Source of the DNA: an uncultured Actinomycetes bacterium | Lineage (GTDB): Bacteria; Actinomycetota; Actinomycetes; Streptosporangiales; Streptosporangiaceae | Direction of reading: 5' to 3' | NCBI GenBank assembly: GCA_963751175.1 | Contig: CAVVTM010000035.1 | Location: forward strand, 25,035-89,034 | DNA length: 64,000 bases | In this document: positions 9,350-18,803 of the stretch, piece by piece | Layout of the letters: the number at the start of each line of letters is the position of its first letter | Position numbering within the stretch: position 1 is the stretch's first letter | The notes under the pieces: model-generated | The model's database searches: none | Told to the model about the DNA's origin: nothing | Seen by the model: only the letters and a program-made list of their open reading frames with translations | Position numbers and translations under genes: made by a program

Positions 9350-11935
9350 TCAGGACCCTTGCCGACCGCTCTTGCCGGAGGGCCGGCCAGACTGGTTCCC
9401 GAGCAGCCCGGCCCGCCGGAGCGCGTCGGCCATGGCCCCGCCGCCCTGGCCCGTGCCGCCCTGGCCCGTGCCGCCCTGGCCCGTGCCGCCCTGGCCCGTG
9501 CTCCCCCGGCCCTGGCTCCCTGGCTCCCGGCCGCCCTGCCCCGCACCACCAGCGCCCGGACCCGCAGCACCGCGGCCCCGGTGATCGCCGCCGCCGCGGC
9601 CCGCACCACCGCCGCCGCCCCGGGGCCTGTCCCGCTCGCTGGCACCGCGGCCGCCGTCCCGGGGGGCGCCCCGCCCCGGGGCACCGTCGCGCTTCCGGGC
9701 CCCCTCCCGCCGCTGGGCACCGCCCCCGGTGGCCTCACCCCGGCCGGGCCCCGGCTGGCGGGGGGCCTCCTCGTCCAGCCGCAGCGTGAGCGAGATCCGC
9801 TTGCGGGGGATGTCCACGCCGAGCACCCGGACGCGGACGACGTCACCCGGCTTCACGACCTGGCGGGGGTCGGACACGAACGTTCGCGACATCGCGGACA
9901 CGTGCACCAGGCCGTCCTGATGCACGCCGATGTCCACGAACGCCCCGAAAGCGGCCACGTTGGTGACCACGCCCTCCAGCACCATGCCGGGCGCCAGGTC
10001 CTCCAGCGACTCCACGCCCTCCGCGAAGCTGGCCGTGGTGAACGCGGGCCGCGGGTCACGGCCTGGCTTCTCCAGCTCGCTGAGGATGTCGGTCACGGTC
10101 GGCAGGCCGAAGCGCTCGTCGGTGAAGTCCTGCGGCCGCAGCGAGCGCAGCACCGAGGTGTTGCCGATCAGCCCGGGCATGCCCGTCCCGGCCGCCCGGA
10201 GGATGCGCCGGACCACGGGATAGGCCTCCGGGTGGACGCTGGACGCGTCCAGCGGGTCGTCGCCGCCGGGGATGCGCAGGAACCCCGCGCACTGCTCGAA
10301 CGCCTTCGGCCCCAGCCTCGGCACGTCCTTGAGGGCCTGCCGGCTGCGGAACGGGCCAGCCTCGTCCCGCCGGGCCACGACGGCGGCGGCCAGCCCTTCG
10401 CTGATCCCCGACACGCGGGCCAGCAGCGGGGCCGACGCGGTGTTCACGTCCACCCCGACCCCGTTCACGCAGTCCTCGACGACCGCGTCCAGCGAGCGGG
10501 ACAGCTTGATCTCGGCCAGGTCGTGCTGGTACTGGCCGACCCCGATGGACTTCGGGTCGATCTTGACCAGCTCGGCCAGCGGATCCTGGAGCCGCCGGGC
10601 GATCGAGACCGCGCCCCGCAGCGACACGTCCATGCCGGGCAGCTCACGCGAGGCGTACGCGGACGCCGAGTACACCGACGCCCCGGCCTCGGAGACCATC
10701 ACCTTGGTGAGCTCCAGCTCCGGGTGCGCCTTGATCAGGTCCGCGGCGAGCCGGTCTGTCTCGCGCGAGGCGGTGCCGTTGCCGATCGCGATCAGCTCCA
10801 CCTGGTGGGCCGCGGCCAGCCGGGCGAGCGTGGCGATGGACTCCGCCCACCGCGGCGAGCCGGCCCCGCCTGCCCCGCCCCGCCTCAGCTCGTGCGGGTA
10901 GATCGTCTCGGTGGCGACGGCCTTGCCCGTCCCGTCCACCACCGCGACCTTGACCCCGGTCCGGAACCCCGGGTCGAGGCCCATCGTCGGCCGCGTCCCG
11001 GCCGGCGCGGCCAGCAGCAGGTCGCGGAGGTTGGCGGCGAACACGGCGACCGCCTCGTCCTCGGCGCGCTGCCAGAGGCGCATCCGCAGGTCGACCCCGA
11101 GGTGCACGGCGATCCGGGTCCGCCAGGCCCACTGCACCGTCTCCCCCAGCCAGCGGTCCGCCGGACGGCCCTGGTCGGCGACGTCATAGCGCCGGGCGAT
11201 CTTCGTTGCGTAATCGGACGGGGCGGGAGGGGCCAGGCCGTCAGCCGGGGGCTCACCGGCGTCCATGGTCAGGTCGAGGATTTCTTCCTTCTCCCCGCGC
11301 ATCATGGCCAGGATCCGGTGCGAGGGAAGCGCCGTGAACGGCTCCGCGAACTCGAAGTAGTCCGCGTACTTGGCGCCCGCCTCCTCCCGGCCCTCGCGGA
11401 CCCGGGAGACCAGCCGGCCCCGCGACCACATCTGCTCGCGCAGCTCGCCGATCAGGTCCGCGTCCTCAGCGAACCGCTCGACCAGGATGGCCCGCGCGCC
11501 GTCCAGCGCCGCGGCGGCGTCGGGCACGCCGCGCTCCGCATCCACGTACTCCGCGGCCGCTTCCTGCGGGGCGGTGCCCGGGTGGGCCAGCAGCTGCCCG
11601 GCGAGCGGTTCCAGCCCCGCCTCGCGGGCGATCTGCGCCTTCGTGCGGCGCTTCGGCTTGTAGGGCAGGTAGATGTCCTCCAGCCGGGCCTTGGAGTCGG
11701 CCGCCATGATGCGCGCGGTGAGCTCGTCGTCGAGCTTGCCCTGGGCCCGGACGGACTCCAGGATGGCCGCCCGCCGTTCCTCCAGCTCGCGCAGGTAGCG
11801 CAGCCGCTCCTCGAGCGTGCGCAGCTGCGCGTCGTCCAGCGCGCCGGTCACCTCCTTGCGGTAGCGGGCGATGAACGGCACCGTGGCCCCGCCGTCGAGC
11901 AGCCCGACCGCCGCGCTGACCTGCCCCTCGCGCAC
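9350..11935 (-). CDS. tex: Tex-like transcription accessory protein (S1 RNA-binding domain) with Gly/Arg-rich C-terminal tail
   Basis: '[16 protein letters not shown]', YqgF/HhH-like middle region, and S1 domain '[31 protein letters not shown]'. The true start is probably upstream at GTG 12011 via a frameshift (see findings). Confidence 0.9.
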   Translation of the reverse strand: MREGQVSAAVGLLDGGATVPFIARYRKEVTGALDDAQLRTLEERLRYLRELEERRAAILESVRAQGKLDDELTARIMAADSKARLEDIYLPYKPKRRTKAQIAREAGLEPLAGQLLAHPGTAPQEAAAEYVDAERGVPDAAAALDGARAILVERFAEDADLIGELREQMWSRGRLVSRVREGREEAGAKYADYFEFAEPFTALPSHRILAMMRGEKEEILDLTMDAGEPPADGLAPPAPSDYATKIARRYDVADQGRPADRWLGETVQWAWRTRIAVHLGVDLRMRLWQRAEDEAVAVFAANLRDLLLAAPAGTRPTMGLDPGFRTGVKVAVVDGTGKAVATETIYPHELRRGGAGGAGSPRWAESIATLARLAAAHQVELIAIGNGTASRETDRLAADLIKAHPELELTKVMVSEAGASVYSASAYASRELPGMDVSLRGAVSIARRLQDPLAELVKIDPKSIGVGQYQHDLAEIKLSRSLDAVVEDCVNGVGVDVNTASAPLLARVSGISEGLAAAVVARRDEAGPFRSRQALKDVPRLGPKAFEQCAGFLRIPGGDDPLDASSVHPEAYPVVRRILRAAGTGMPGLIGNTSVLRSLRPQDFTDERFGLPTVTDILSELEKPGRDPRPAFTTASFAEGVESLEDLAPGMVLEGVVTNVAAFGAFVDIGVHQDGLVHVSAMSRTFVSDPRQVVKPGDVVRVRVLGVDIPRKRISLTLRLDEEAPRQPGPGRGEATGGGAQRREGARKRDGAPGRGAPRDGGRGASERDRPRGGGGGAGRGGGDHRGRGAAGPGAGGAGQGGREPGSQGRGSTGQGGTGQGGTGQGGTGQGGGAMADALRRAGLLGNQSGRPSGKSGRQGS
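9441..9500. repeat. 15-bp perfect tandem repeat x4 (CCGCCCTGGCCCGTG) inside the tex tail
   Basis: Four head-to-tail identical copies read directly. They encode (GTGQG)4 on the minus strand. Confidence 0.95.
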
Positions 11936-12249
11936 CCCCAGCTCCTCGGCGATCCTGCGCTGGACTCGCGGCGGCGGGCAGCTGCGGCGCGGCGGGGGCG
12001 GTTGCGGTCACGATGGGCTCTGCCTTCCAGGTCGGGAGTGCGCACCACATGGTAGGTCCCAGCAGCTGGCTGCCACGGGAGATAGCGACGGCGCGTCCGC
12101 GGCACGCGGCAGCACCAGGGCTGACGCCCCGCAGGCTGGCGGCCGGGAACGCAGCTGAACCGGGCCTGGGCGGCCCCGGCGGTTTAGCCGGGCCGCCCCT
12201 GGGCAACAGAGGACCCGATGACAGACACCGCCCCCCGGGCAGGCAGGCC

Positions 12250-13284
12250 ATGACGTCAAACGAGGGACAGGCACGGGCGGAGCGCCAGGCCGAGTCCCGG
12301 GAGGACACCACCCGCACGGTCCTGATCGCCGGCGGCGCCAACATCATCGTCATGATCGCCAAGCTGGCGGCCGGGATCCTCACCGGCTCCAGCGCGATGC
12401 TGGCCGAGGCGGCCCACTCGTTCGCGGACACCCTCAACCAGGTGTTCCTGTTCACCTCGGTGCGCCAGGGCCAGCGCCCCGCCGACGAGGAGCACCCGTT
12501 CGGGTACGGGCAGGAGCGCTACTTCTGGTCGCTGCTCGCCGCGTTCGGGATCTTCATCGCGGGCGCGGGATTCTCGATCTTCGAGGGCATCCTCTCGCTG
12601 CACAGCAAGACCAGCGACTTCCTGATCGCGTACGTGGTGCTGGGCGTGTGCGCGATCGCCGAGGGCACCTCGTTCATCCGGGCCTACGGCCAGCTGCACG
12701 GGGAGGCCCAGCGCAGCCACACGCACACGCTGGAGCACGTCAAGACCAGCCGGGACACGACGGTCAAGGCGGCGCTGTTCGAGGACACCGCGGCCGTCAT
12801 CGGGCTCGCGCTGGCCGCCGGCGGCCTGCTGCTGGAGCAGATCACGGGCTCCCCCGTCTATGACGGCGGCGCGTCGATCGCGATCGGGGTGCTGCTGATC
12901 GTGGTGGCCTTCCGGCTCGGCATGGACAGCCGGGAACTGCTCATCGGCCGGTCGGCCGACCCCAAGGTGCTCAAGATCATCCGGGAGGAGATCGGGAACA
13001 CGCCCGGCGTGGACCGGCTGCTCGAGCTGCAGACGATGCACGTGGGCCCGGACAGCCTGATCGTCGCGGCGCGGGTCGCGCTGAGCGACGACTCCAGCGC
13101 GAACCAGGTGGAAGACCTGGCCGACGACATCGACCGCCGGCTGTCCGAGCGGCTCCCGGTGACCCCGTACGTGTTCATCGATCCGACCCAGACCGCGTCG
13201 GGCGAGGATGACCCCCTCGCCGTCCGCCGGGCCGCGGTCCGCCGGGCCTCCGCCCGCCGGGACAGCGAGCAGCCCCAGAGCTGA
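12250..13284 (+). CDS. cation diffusion facilitator (CDF) family metal efflux transporter
   Basis: From ATG 12250: 'MTSNEGQ...IVMIAKLAAGILTGSSAMLAEAAHSFADTLNQVFLF', six TM segments and a cytoplasmic C-terminal domain. The upstream part of ORF 12013.. looks non-coding. Confidence 0.85.
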   Translation: MTSNEGQARAERQAESREDTTRTVLIAGGANIIVMIAKLAAGILTGSSAMLAEAAHSFADTLNQVFLFTSVRQGQRPADEEHPFGYGQERYFWSLLAAFGIFIAGAGFSIFEGILSLHSKTSDFLIAYVVLGVCAIAEGTSFIRAYGQLHGEAQRSHTHTLEHVKTSRDTTVKAALFEDTAAVIGLALAAGGLLLEQITGSPVYDGGASIAIGVLLIVVAFRLGMDSRELLIGRSADPKVLKIIREEIGNTPGVDRLLELQTMHVGPDSLIVAARVALSDDSSANQVEDLADDIDRRLSERLPVTPYVFIDPTQTASGEDDPLAVRRAAVRRASARRDSEQPQS

Positions 13285-13308
13285 CCGGGGGTCAGGCCTG
13301 GCCTGGTG

Positions 13309-14052
13309 TCAGGCGTCCGCCGTCTGGACCTGAGCTTCCGCGGGGGCGGCCAGCGTGGTCAGCAGGTGGCTGAAGCCGTGCGGAGCCCGGGCGCGGCGCC
13401 GGGCCGAGGTGACCACGCTCACCGCGGTGGTGCGCAGGACCCGGCGGCCCGCGGCGGCGAGCGCGTTGACCAGCGCGTGGTCCTCGGCGGTCCGGGCGGG
13501 CCCGAAACCGCCCGCGGCCAGGTACGCGGCCGCGCTGAACCCCAGGTTGGCGCCGTGCACGTGCGGGTGGGTCGTGCCGCCCGTCCGGTAGAGCCGCTGG
13601 AACATCGGCGGCACCCCGGCCGGGTACTGCCGCCAGTCGGTCACCGTGACCGTGCCCACGACCGCGTCCCAGCCCCTCTCGGCGTAGCGCAGCTGCCGGG
13701 TCAGCCAGCACGGCGGCACCAGCGTGTCCGCGTCCGTCGTGGCCAGCCACACCGAGGCCGGATCGAGCGGCCCGGCCCGGCGGAGCACCTCCGCCACCCC
13801 GGCGGCACGGGCCGCGCCCACGCTCCGCGCGTCGATGTCCAGCACTGCCGCTCCCCCGGCGCGGGCCAGCCGCGCGGTCTGGTCGGCGCAGGCGTCCGCC
13901 ACCACCACCACGTGAACCGGGACGCCGGCCAGCGGCGCCGCAGCCAGCCGCACCGCGGCCAGGCAGGACGGCAGCAGGTCCTCCTCGTCGTGCGCCGGGA
14001 TGACCACGCCCACGGCGGCGATCACGCGATCCTCACGCTGCGCCCCGCACAC
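13309..14052 (-). CDS. family 2 glycosyltransferase (small, soluble)
   Basis: 'VGVVIPAHDEEDLLPSCL...VHVVVVADACADQTA...' is a typical GT-A/GT2 N-terminus. This is the last gene of the four-gene cassette. Confidence 0.8.
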   Translation of the reverse strand: MCGAQREDRVIAAVGVVIPAHDEEDLLPSCLAAVRLAAAPLAGVPVHVVVVADACADQTARLARAGGAAVLDIDARSVGAARAAGVAEVLRRAGPLDPASVWLATTDADTLVPPCWLTRQLRYAERGWDAVVGTVTVTDWRQYPAGVPPMFQRLYRTGGTTHPHVHGANLGFSAAAYLAAGGFGPARTAEDHALVNALAAAGRRVLRTTAVSVVTSARRRARAPHGFSHLLTTLAAPAEAQVQTADA

Positions 14053-14086
14053 TCTGCCCCTGCCCTGCGCCGCCCCTCACAGGAGG

Positions 14087-14684
14087 CCTTCGGCCTGGGC
14101 CACCGAGCCCAGCTCACGGCCGGCCCGCTGGTAGACCTCGGCGGTGAAGTCGGTCTCGGTGTGCCCGACCCGGCGGGCCAGGTCAGCGCGCGCGGCCAGG
14201 ACCCGTGCACGTCGTCGCCGCCGCGCGGGTAGTCCGCCACCGGGTGCCGCCAGTGCACCGCGAGCAGGGTGCCGCCGGGCCGCAGCGACGCGACGCCCCG
14301 GTCCACGACCAGGGGCAGCTCATCGCCGGCGAAGTAGTAGAGCACCTCCGAGAACACGATGAGGTCGAACTGACCGGGCGGCCAGTCACCGGGGATCGCG
14401 CCGCGGCGCACGCGGACGTTGGGCAGCGCGGCGTTCCGCGCGGCCGCGGCCCGGACGGCGGCGTCGGACGCGTCCCAGGCCGTGACCTGGCCGCAGCGGC
14501 CGGCCAGCATCCCGGTCAGCACGCCGACGGAGCAGCCCGGCTCGAACGCGTCCCCGTAGCGCGGCTCGGGCAGCAGCGCGAGGCTGATCGCGTACTTGCG
14601 CGCCTCGTACCACCGGCTGGCCAGGCTCCACGGGTCGGGCGCGGCCGCGTACATCTGGTCGAAGTACCCCTGGTCCAGGCTCAT
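14087..14684 (-). pseudogene. NodS-like class I SAM-dependent methyltransferase, apparent 1-nt deletion near 14200-14212
   Basis: 'FDQMYAAAPDPWSLASRWYEARKYAISLALLPEPRYGDAFEPGCSVGVLTGMLA' (DPW / YE.RK / E.GC..G pattern). After '...GGDDVH' the listed frame turns into low-complexity sequence. The adjacent frame reads 'RVLAARADLARRVGHTETDFTAEVYQRAGRELGSVAQAEGLL*' and stops at 14087. The ATG overlaps the PIG-L stop (ATGA). Confidence 0.75.
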
Positions 14685-15409
14685 CGGCCCGCCGCCCCGA
14701 GCAGTACCTCGTGATCGCGGGTGAAATGGGCCACCGTACCCGGGGTGAGGACCGGGCCGGCGCTGGAACCCCGGGGCTCCAGCTGGCTGGCGAAGCAGCG
14801 GATGGCTGCGCGTTTGCGGCCGGCAACCGAGGGCCGCAACGAGACGCTCACGGCGTGCTCCCATGGCACCCGGGAGTCGCCGGGGCGGGCCCAGTGCCAG
14901 GTCCACACCGGATACCAGAACGTGAACGGGCTGGCGCGCCGGGCGGCCCGGCCGACTGCCTCGTGATCGGCGTGAACGTCCTGGTCCCAGGGGGCCAGGA
15001 CCGCGTCGCAGTCCGCGGCGAGATCGCGCAGCCGGGCGGCGAGGGTATCCTCGCGCGCCGCCACACGGGTATCGGGGAAGCCGAGCCGGATCACGTCGGT
15101 GGCCTGCGCGCCGAGCGCCTGGAGCGCGCCGGCCGTCTCAGCCGTCCGGCGGGCGGCCAGCGCGGCCTGGTCGGGGTGGCCGGGATGGGAGGCCTCGCCG
15201 TCGGTCACCGAGACCAGCCGGAGCCGGGTCCCGGCCGCGGCCAGGATCGCCATCGTGCCACCCACGCCGAGAACCTCGTCGTCGGGATGGGCGGCGAGCA
15301 CCAGCACGCGGGACCAGCCGCTGAGGTCAGCCGCCGGGAGCTGGCTCAGCCCCGCCCAGGCCCGCCAGTCCGCCTCGTCGGTGCCGGGCGCCTCGATCGC
15401 GTTCACCAC
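14681..15409 (-). CDS. PIG-L/LmbE family deacetylase
   Basis: 'VLVLAAHPDDEVLGVGGTMA...VTDGEASHPG' zinc-dependent deacetylase signature. 242 aa. Confidence 0.85.
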   Translation of the reverse strand: MVNAIEAPGTDEADWRAWAGLSQLPAADLSGWSRVLVLAAHPDDEVLGVGGTMAILAAAGTRLRLVSVTDGEASHPGHPDQAALAARRTAETAGALQALGAQATDVIRLGFPDTRVAAREDTLAARLRDLAADCDAVLAPWDQDVHADHEAVGRAARRASPFTFWYPVWTWHWARPGDSRVPWEHAVSVSLRPSVAGRKRAAIRCFASQLEPRGSSAGPVLTPGTVAHFTRDHEVLLGAAGR

Positions 15410-16430
15410 GCCGGGCCCCGCTCCGCGACCAGCGTGCCCAGCTGGGCCAGGTCCCGTTCGGCGTGATGCTGGCGCAGGTAGACGTTCAGGTCAGCGACCC
15501 GGCGGCCATGCGCCTCGTCGTGGCACAGCGGCCCGGCGCCCAGCGCCCGCCCGACCCGGCTCATGACCTCGGTGGCGGCCGCCTCGATCTGGGCCCGGAC
15601 GCGGAGGGCGCGGGCCGGCCCGCGCCGGCCACATCGCAGGGATCGGCGTCGATCTCGTCCGCGGCCTGGTCCAGCGCGGTCCGGGCGCTGGTCAGCGCGA
15701 TGTTGACGGCGCCCAGGTGAGCCAGGGCGTGCGGGCCCACGTCGCGGCGGCGTGCCGCGCCGAGCAGCGTGTCCGCGACGGCGCGCGCCCCGCCGTACCA
15801 GCACGCCGCCACGCCCACGCCACCGTGCGCGAACCCGGGCCGCCCGGTGTACCCGCCAGGCGGCCCGACCGGCTCGGCGGGAACGTCGCCGAAGTCCACG
15901 TGGAGCGTGTCGCTGCCCGCCATCCCGGTGGCCGGCCAGGTGCCCGGCACCGGCGTGAGACCCACGGTGGCCACCGCGAACAGCCGGGTCCCGTCCGGCG
16001 CGGCCGCGGTGACCAGCGCGTCGGTGCAGGCCCGCGCCCCGGAGCAGTACTGCTTGAGGCCGGTCAGCCGCCAGCCCCGGGCGGCGCGGGCCGCGGTCAG
16101 GCCGCGGCCCGGGGGCTGGGCAGCCCAGACCCCCCACCGGCTGCCCGGCCCGGGCGGCGGGCCGCCCAGCTCAGCCAGGATCGCCACCGCGTCGGCGTGC
16201 CCTTCGCCCAGGCGGGCCAGGGAGAGGTTCTCGGCGGCCAGGCCGGCCAGCCGGGCCCAGCGTTCCCGGGTCCGCCCGCCGCCGGGCAGCGGCAGGTCCA
16301 GCCGCCCCGCCTCGGCCGCCGCCGCGAATGCGGCGGCGGCCGCACGCCACGCGGGCGGGCTGTCCATCTCCACCTCTCCTCGCGCGGTCTCGATGCTCGT
16401 CATGGTCTGCGGTGCTCCTTCTGCGGTCAC
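15403..16430 (-). pseudogene. acyl-CoA dehydrogenase-like protein, apparent 1-nt deletion near 15610-15650
   Basis: The N-terminal 270 aa are in ORF 15561..16430. The conserved C-terminus 'ARALRVRAQIEAAATEVMSRVGRALGAGPLCHDEAHGRRVADLNVYLRQHHAERDLAQLG' is in ORF 15403..16137. The stop overlaps the PIG-L start. Confidence 0.7.
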
Positions 16431-16587
16431 TGGGGCGCCCGCCTCTACCCGCGGCCGCGGGCTTCATACCGGGCTGGCCCCGGGTTTCCCGGCGGCCGGC
16501 GGCTGGTGGCGTTCGGCCTGGCGGAACGGTCGTTTAATCCGCCGCCTGCGGGTAGCGCTAGAGCCAGCCCCTGACCCGGAGAAAGAC

Positions 16588-17094
16588 ATGACCCTCCCCG
16601 CCAGCCAGCAGCGTGCGCTAGACGCCATCGATAATGTCCTGCGGTCGGCCGAGCCCCGGCTCGCCACGATGTTCGGTGTCTTCACCGACCTCACCCGGCT
16701 GGACGCGATGCCAGCCGTGGAGACCCTCCAGCCGGGCCCGTGGTGGAACCGGCACCGGCTGACTGGCCCGTGGTACCGGCCCGGCTGGTCCGGGCATCAG
16801 CGTCACCGGCCCGGCCCGCGGCATCAGCCGGGGAGGCGGCCCCTGCGCGCTGGCCGGCGGCTCAGCCGGGTCGCGCTGATCCCGTTGCTGCTGCTCGCAG
16901 CCGTCAGCCTGGTCGTCGTGAGCCTGGTCAGCAGCGGCCCGGCCGGGCGGCGCGGCTGCGGTCAGGCCGCGGCGGCGGTCATGGGGGCCCGGCTGTGGGG
17001 TGCCGTCAGCGACAGCGCGGGTTCCGGGGGCACCGGCGGCGCCGCGGGTACCGGGTGCCCGTCCAGTGCGCAGCCGGTCTTCGGGGGCAGGTAG
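16588..17094 (+). CDS. DUF3040-like small membrane protein
   Basis: From ATG 16588: 'MTLPASQQRALDAIDNVLRSAEPRLATMF' (typical DUF3040 N-terminus), then a TM segment 'VALIPLLLLAAVSLVVVSLV'. Confidence 0.65.
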   Translation: MTLPASQQRALDAIDNVLRSAEPRLATMFGVFTDLTRLDAMPAVETLQPGPWWNRHRLTGPWYRPGWSGHQRHRPGPRHQPGRRPLRAGRRLSRVALIPLLLLAAVSLVVVSLVSSGPAGRRGCGQAAAAVMGARLWGAVSDSAGSGGTGGAAGTGCPSSAQPVFGGR

Positions 17095-17262
17095 CGCCAC
17101 CCGCCGGCTTATTTCCCCCGGCCCGCGTGGCCGCATCTTCCCCGGCCGGGCGATTGCTCGTCACGCACCGGCTCGCCGCGGCGGCGGTCCTTCTCCTGGC
17201 GGCACCCTCACCCCGGACATGCGCCGCGCCCCGCCGGGCCACCGTAACTGCACTGGCCGGCT

Positions 17263-18747
17263 ATGCATGAACACTGGCCGGCCATGCATGAAAGGGCCGC
17301 GGCGGGGCAGCGTAGAGCCCCACGGCCCTGCCGCCCCCCGCTGGCCCCCGGTCTGCCCGGCAGCGCCTTCAGGAGGACGGGCGACGTGAAGCGCGGCGAC
17401 CTGGGCCAGCCACGCACCGGCGCCCCCGGTGACCCGGACCAGCCTGGAAGCGGTCCCAGCGAGCCAGCCGTCGCCAGTGACGGCGCGCTGCGTGAGCAGG
17501 GCACGGGCGAGAGCAGCCCCGCCGGGAACGGCGCGGGGCCCCCGGGCCTGGACCGTGCGGGCGGGCGGCGAGATAACGGGCAGCCGGGTAGCGGGCCATC
17601 CGCGGGCCCCGGGCTGGCTGGGGACGATCCCGCGACTGAGCCGCCCGACCACATGCAGCAGGCGGTTGAGGCGGCCGCCGCGATCGCCGAGGAGACCGGC
17701 GGCCTGGGCCGGCTCGGCCGCCCCGTGAACCGGCGATCGCCCTTCTTCGTCGGCATGGCCGCCGCGGCCGGCGTGGCCGTGACCTACGGGCTGGTGGAGC
17801 TGCTGATCAGGGCGCGCTCGGTGCTCGTCCTCATCGGCCTGGCCCTGTTCATCGCGGCCGGCCTCGACCCCGCGGTGAACTGGCTGACCCGCCGCCGCCT
17901 GCCCCGCTGGGCCGCGGTGATCGTGATCCTGCTCATCGTGGCCGCCGTGGTCGCCGGGTTCGCAGCCGCGGCCGTGCCGCCGCTCACCAGCCAGGTCACC
18001 GCGCTGGTTCACGAGCTGCCGCATTACATGAACACGCTCAAGGACCACAACTCCGAGCTCGGCAAGCTGAACGCGCGGTTCCAGATCGAGCAGCGGCTGA
18101 CCAAGCTGCTGTCCAGCAAGGGCACCGCGCTGGTCGGCGGCCTGCTCGGAGCCGGTGCCCTGGTGCTCAGCGCGGCCAGCTCCATGCTGGTCGTCATCGT
18201 GCTGGTGGTCTACTTCCTGGCCGCGATGCCCCGGATCAAGCTGTTCCTGTACCGGCTGGCCCCGCATTCACGGCGGTCGCGGGTCATCCTGATCGGCGAC
18301 GAGATCTTCGTCAAGGTCGGCGGCTACATGCTGGGCAACTTCCTGACGTCGCTGATCGCCGGGGTCGGCACCTGGGCCTGGCTGCAGATCTTCGGCATCC
18401 CCTACCCGCTGCTGCTGGGCCTCCTGGTGGCCCTGCTCGACCTGATCCCGGTCATCGGGTCCACGGTCGGCGGCGCTATCGTCACCCTGGTCGCCCTGAC
18501 CGTGTCCCTCCCGGTGGCCATCGCTACGCTCGCCTTTTACATCGCGTACCGCCTGGCGGAGGATTACCTCATAGTGCCAAGAATCATGGGGCGGACGGTG
18601 GAGGTGCCGGCGGTGGTGACGGTGGTGGCGGTCCTGCTCGGCGGGGCGCTGATGGGTCTCATCGGGGCCCTCGTCGCCATCCCCGCCGCCGCAGCGCTCC
18701 GCCTCCTGCTGAACGAAGTCACCTTCCGCCGGCTGGACAGCAGCTGA
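17263..18747 (+). CDS. AI-2E family (PerM/YhhT-like) transporter
   Basis: Multi-TM core 'FFVGMAAAAGVAVTYGLVELL...LALFIAAGLDPAVNWL...IPVIGSTVGGAIVTLVAL'. The long disordered N-terminus means the real start may be GTG about 17387. Confidence 0.8.
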   Translation: MHEHWPAMHERAAAGQRRAPRPCRPPLAPGLPGSAFRRTGDVKRGDLGQPRTGAPGDPDQPGSGPSEPAVASDGALREQGTGESSPAGNGAGPPGLDRAGGRRDNGQPGSGPSAGPGLAGDDPATEPPDHMQQAVEAAAAIAEETGGLGRLGRPVNRRSPFFVGMAAAAGVAVTYGLVELLIRARSVLVLIGLALFIAAGLDPAVNWLTRRRLPRWAAVIVILLIVAAVVAGFAAAAVPPLTSQVTALVHELPHYMNTLKDHNSELGKLNARFQIEQRLTKLLSSKGTALVGGLLGAGALVLSAASSMLVVIVLVVYFLAAMPRIKLFLYRLAPHSRRSRVILIGDEIFVKVGGYMLGNFLTSLIAGVGTWAWLQIFGIPYPLLLGLLVALLDLIPVIGSTVGGAIVTLVALTVSLPVAIATLAFYIAYRLAEDYLIVPRIMGRTVEVPAVVTVVAVLLGGALMGLIGALVAIPAAAALRLLLNEVTFRRLDSS

Positions 18748-18803
18748 CTGGGGCGCAGCAGCAGCGACCGGGGGACCAGCCGCAGGGCGGCGGCGCTCCC
18801 CCG

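Noticed and set aside
12012-12249. Cobalamin riboswitch upstream of the CDF gene
   Set aside because: A GGGAA...AACCGGG segment looked superficially similar, but there is no B12-box (GCCACTG-like) element and the gene context (a metal exporter) does not fit.
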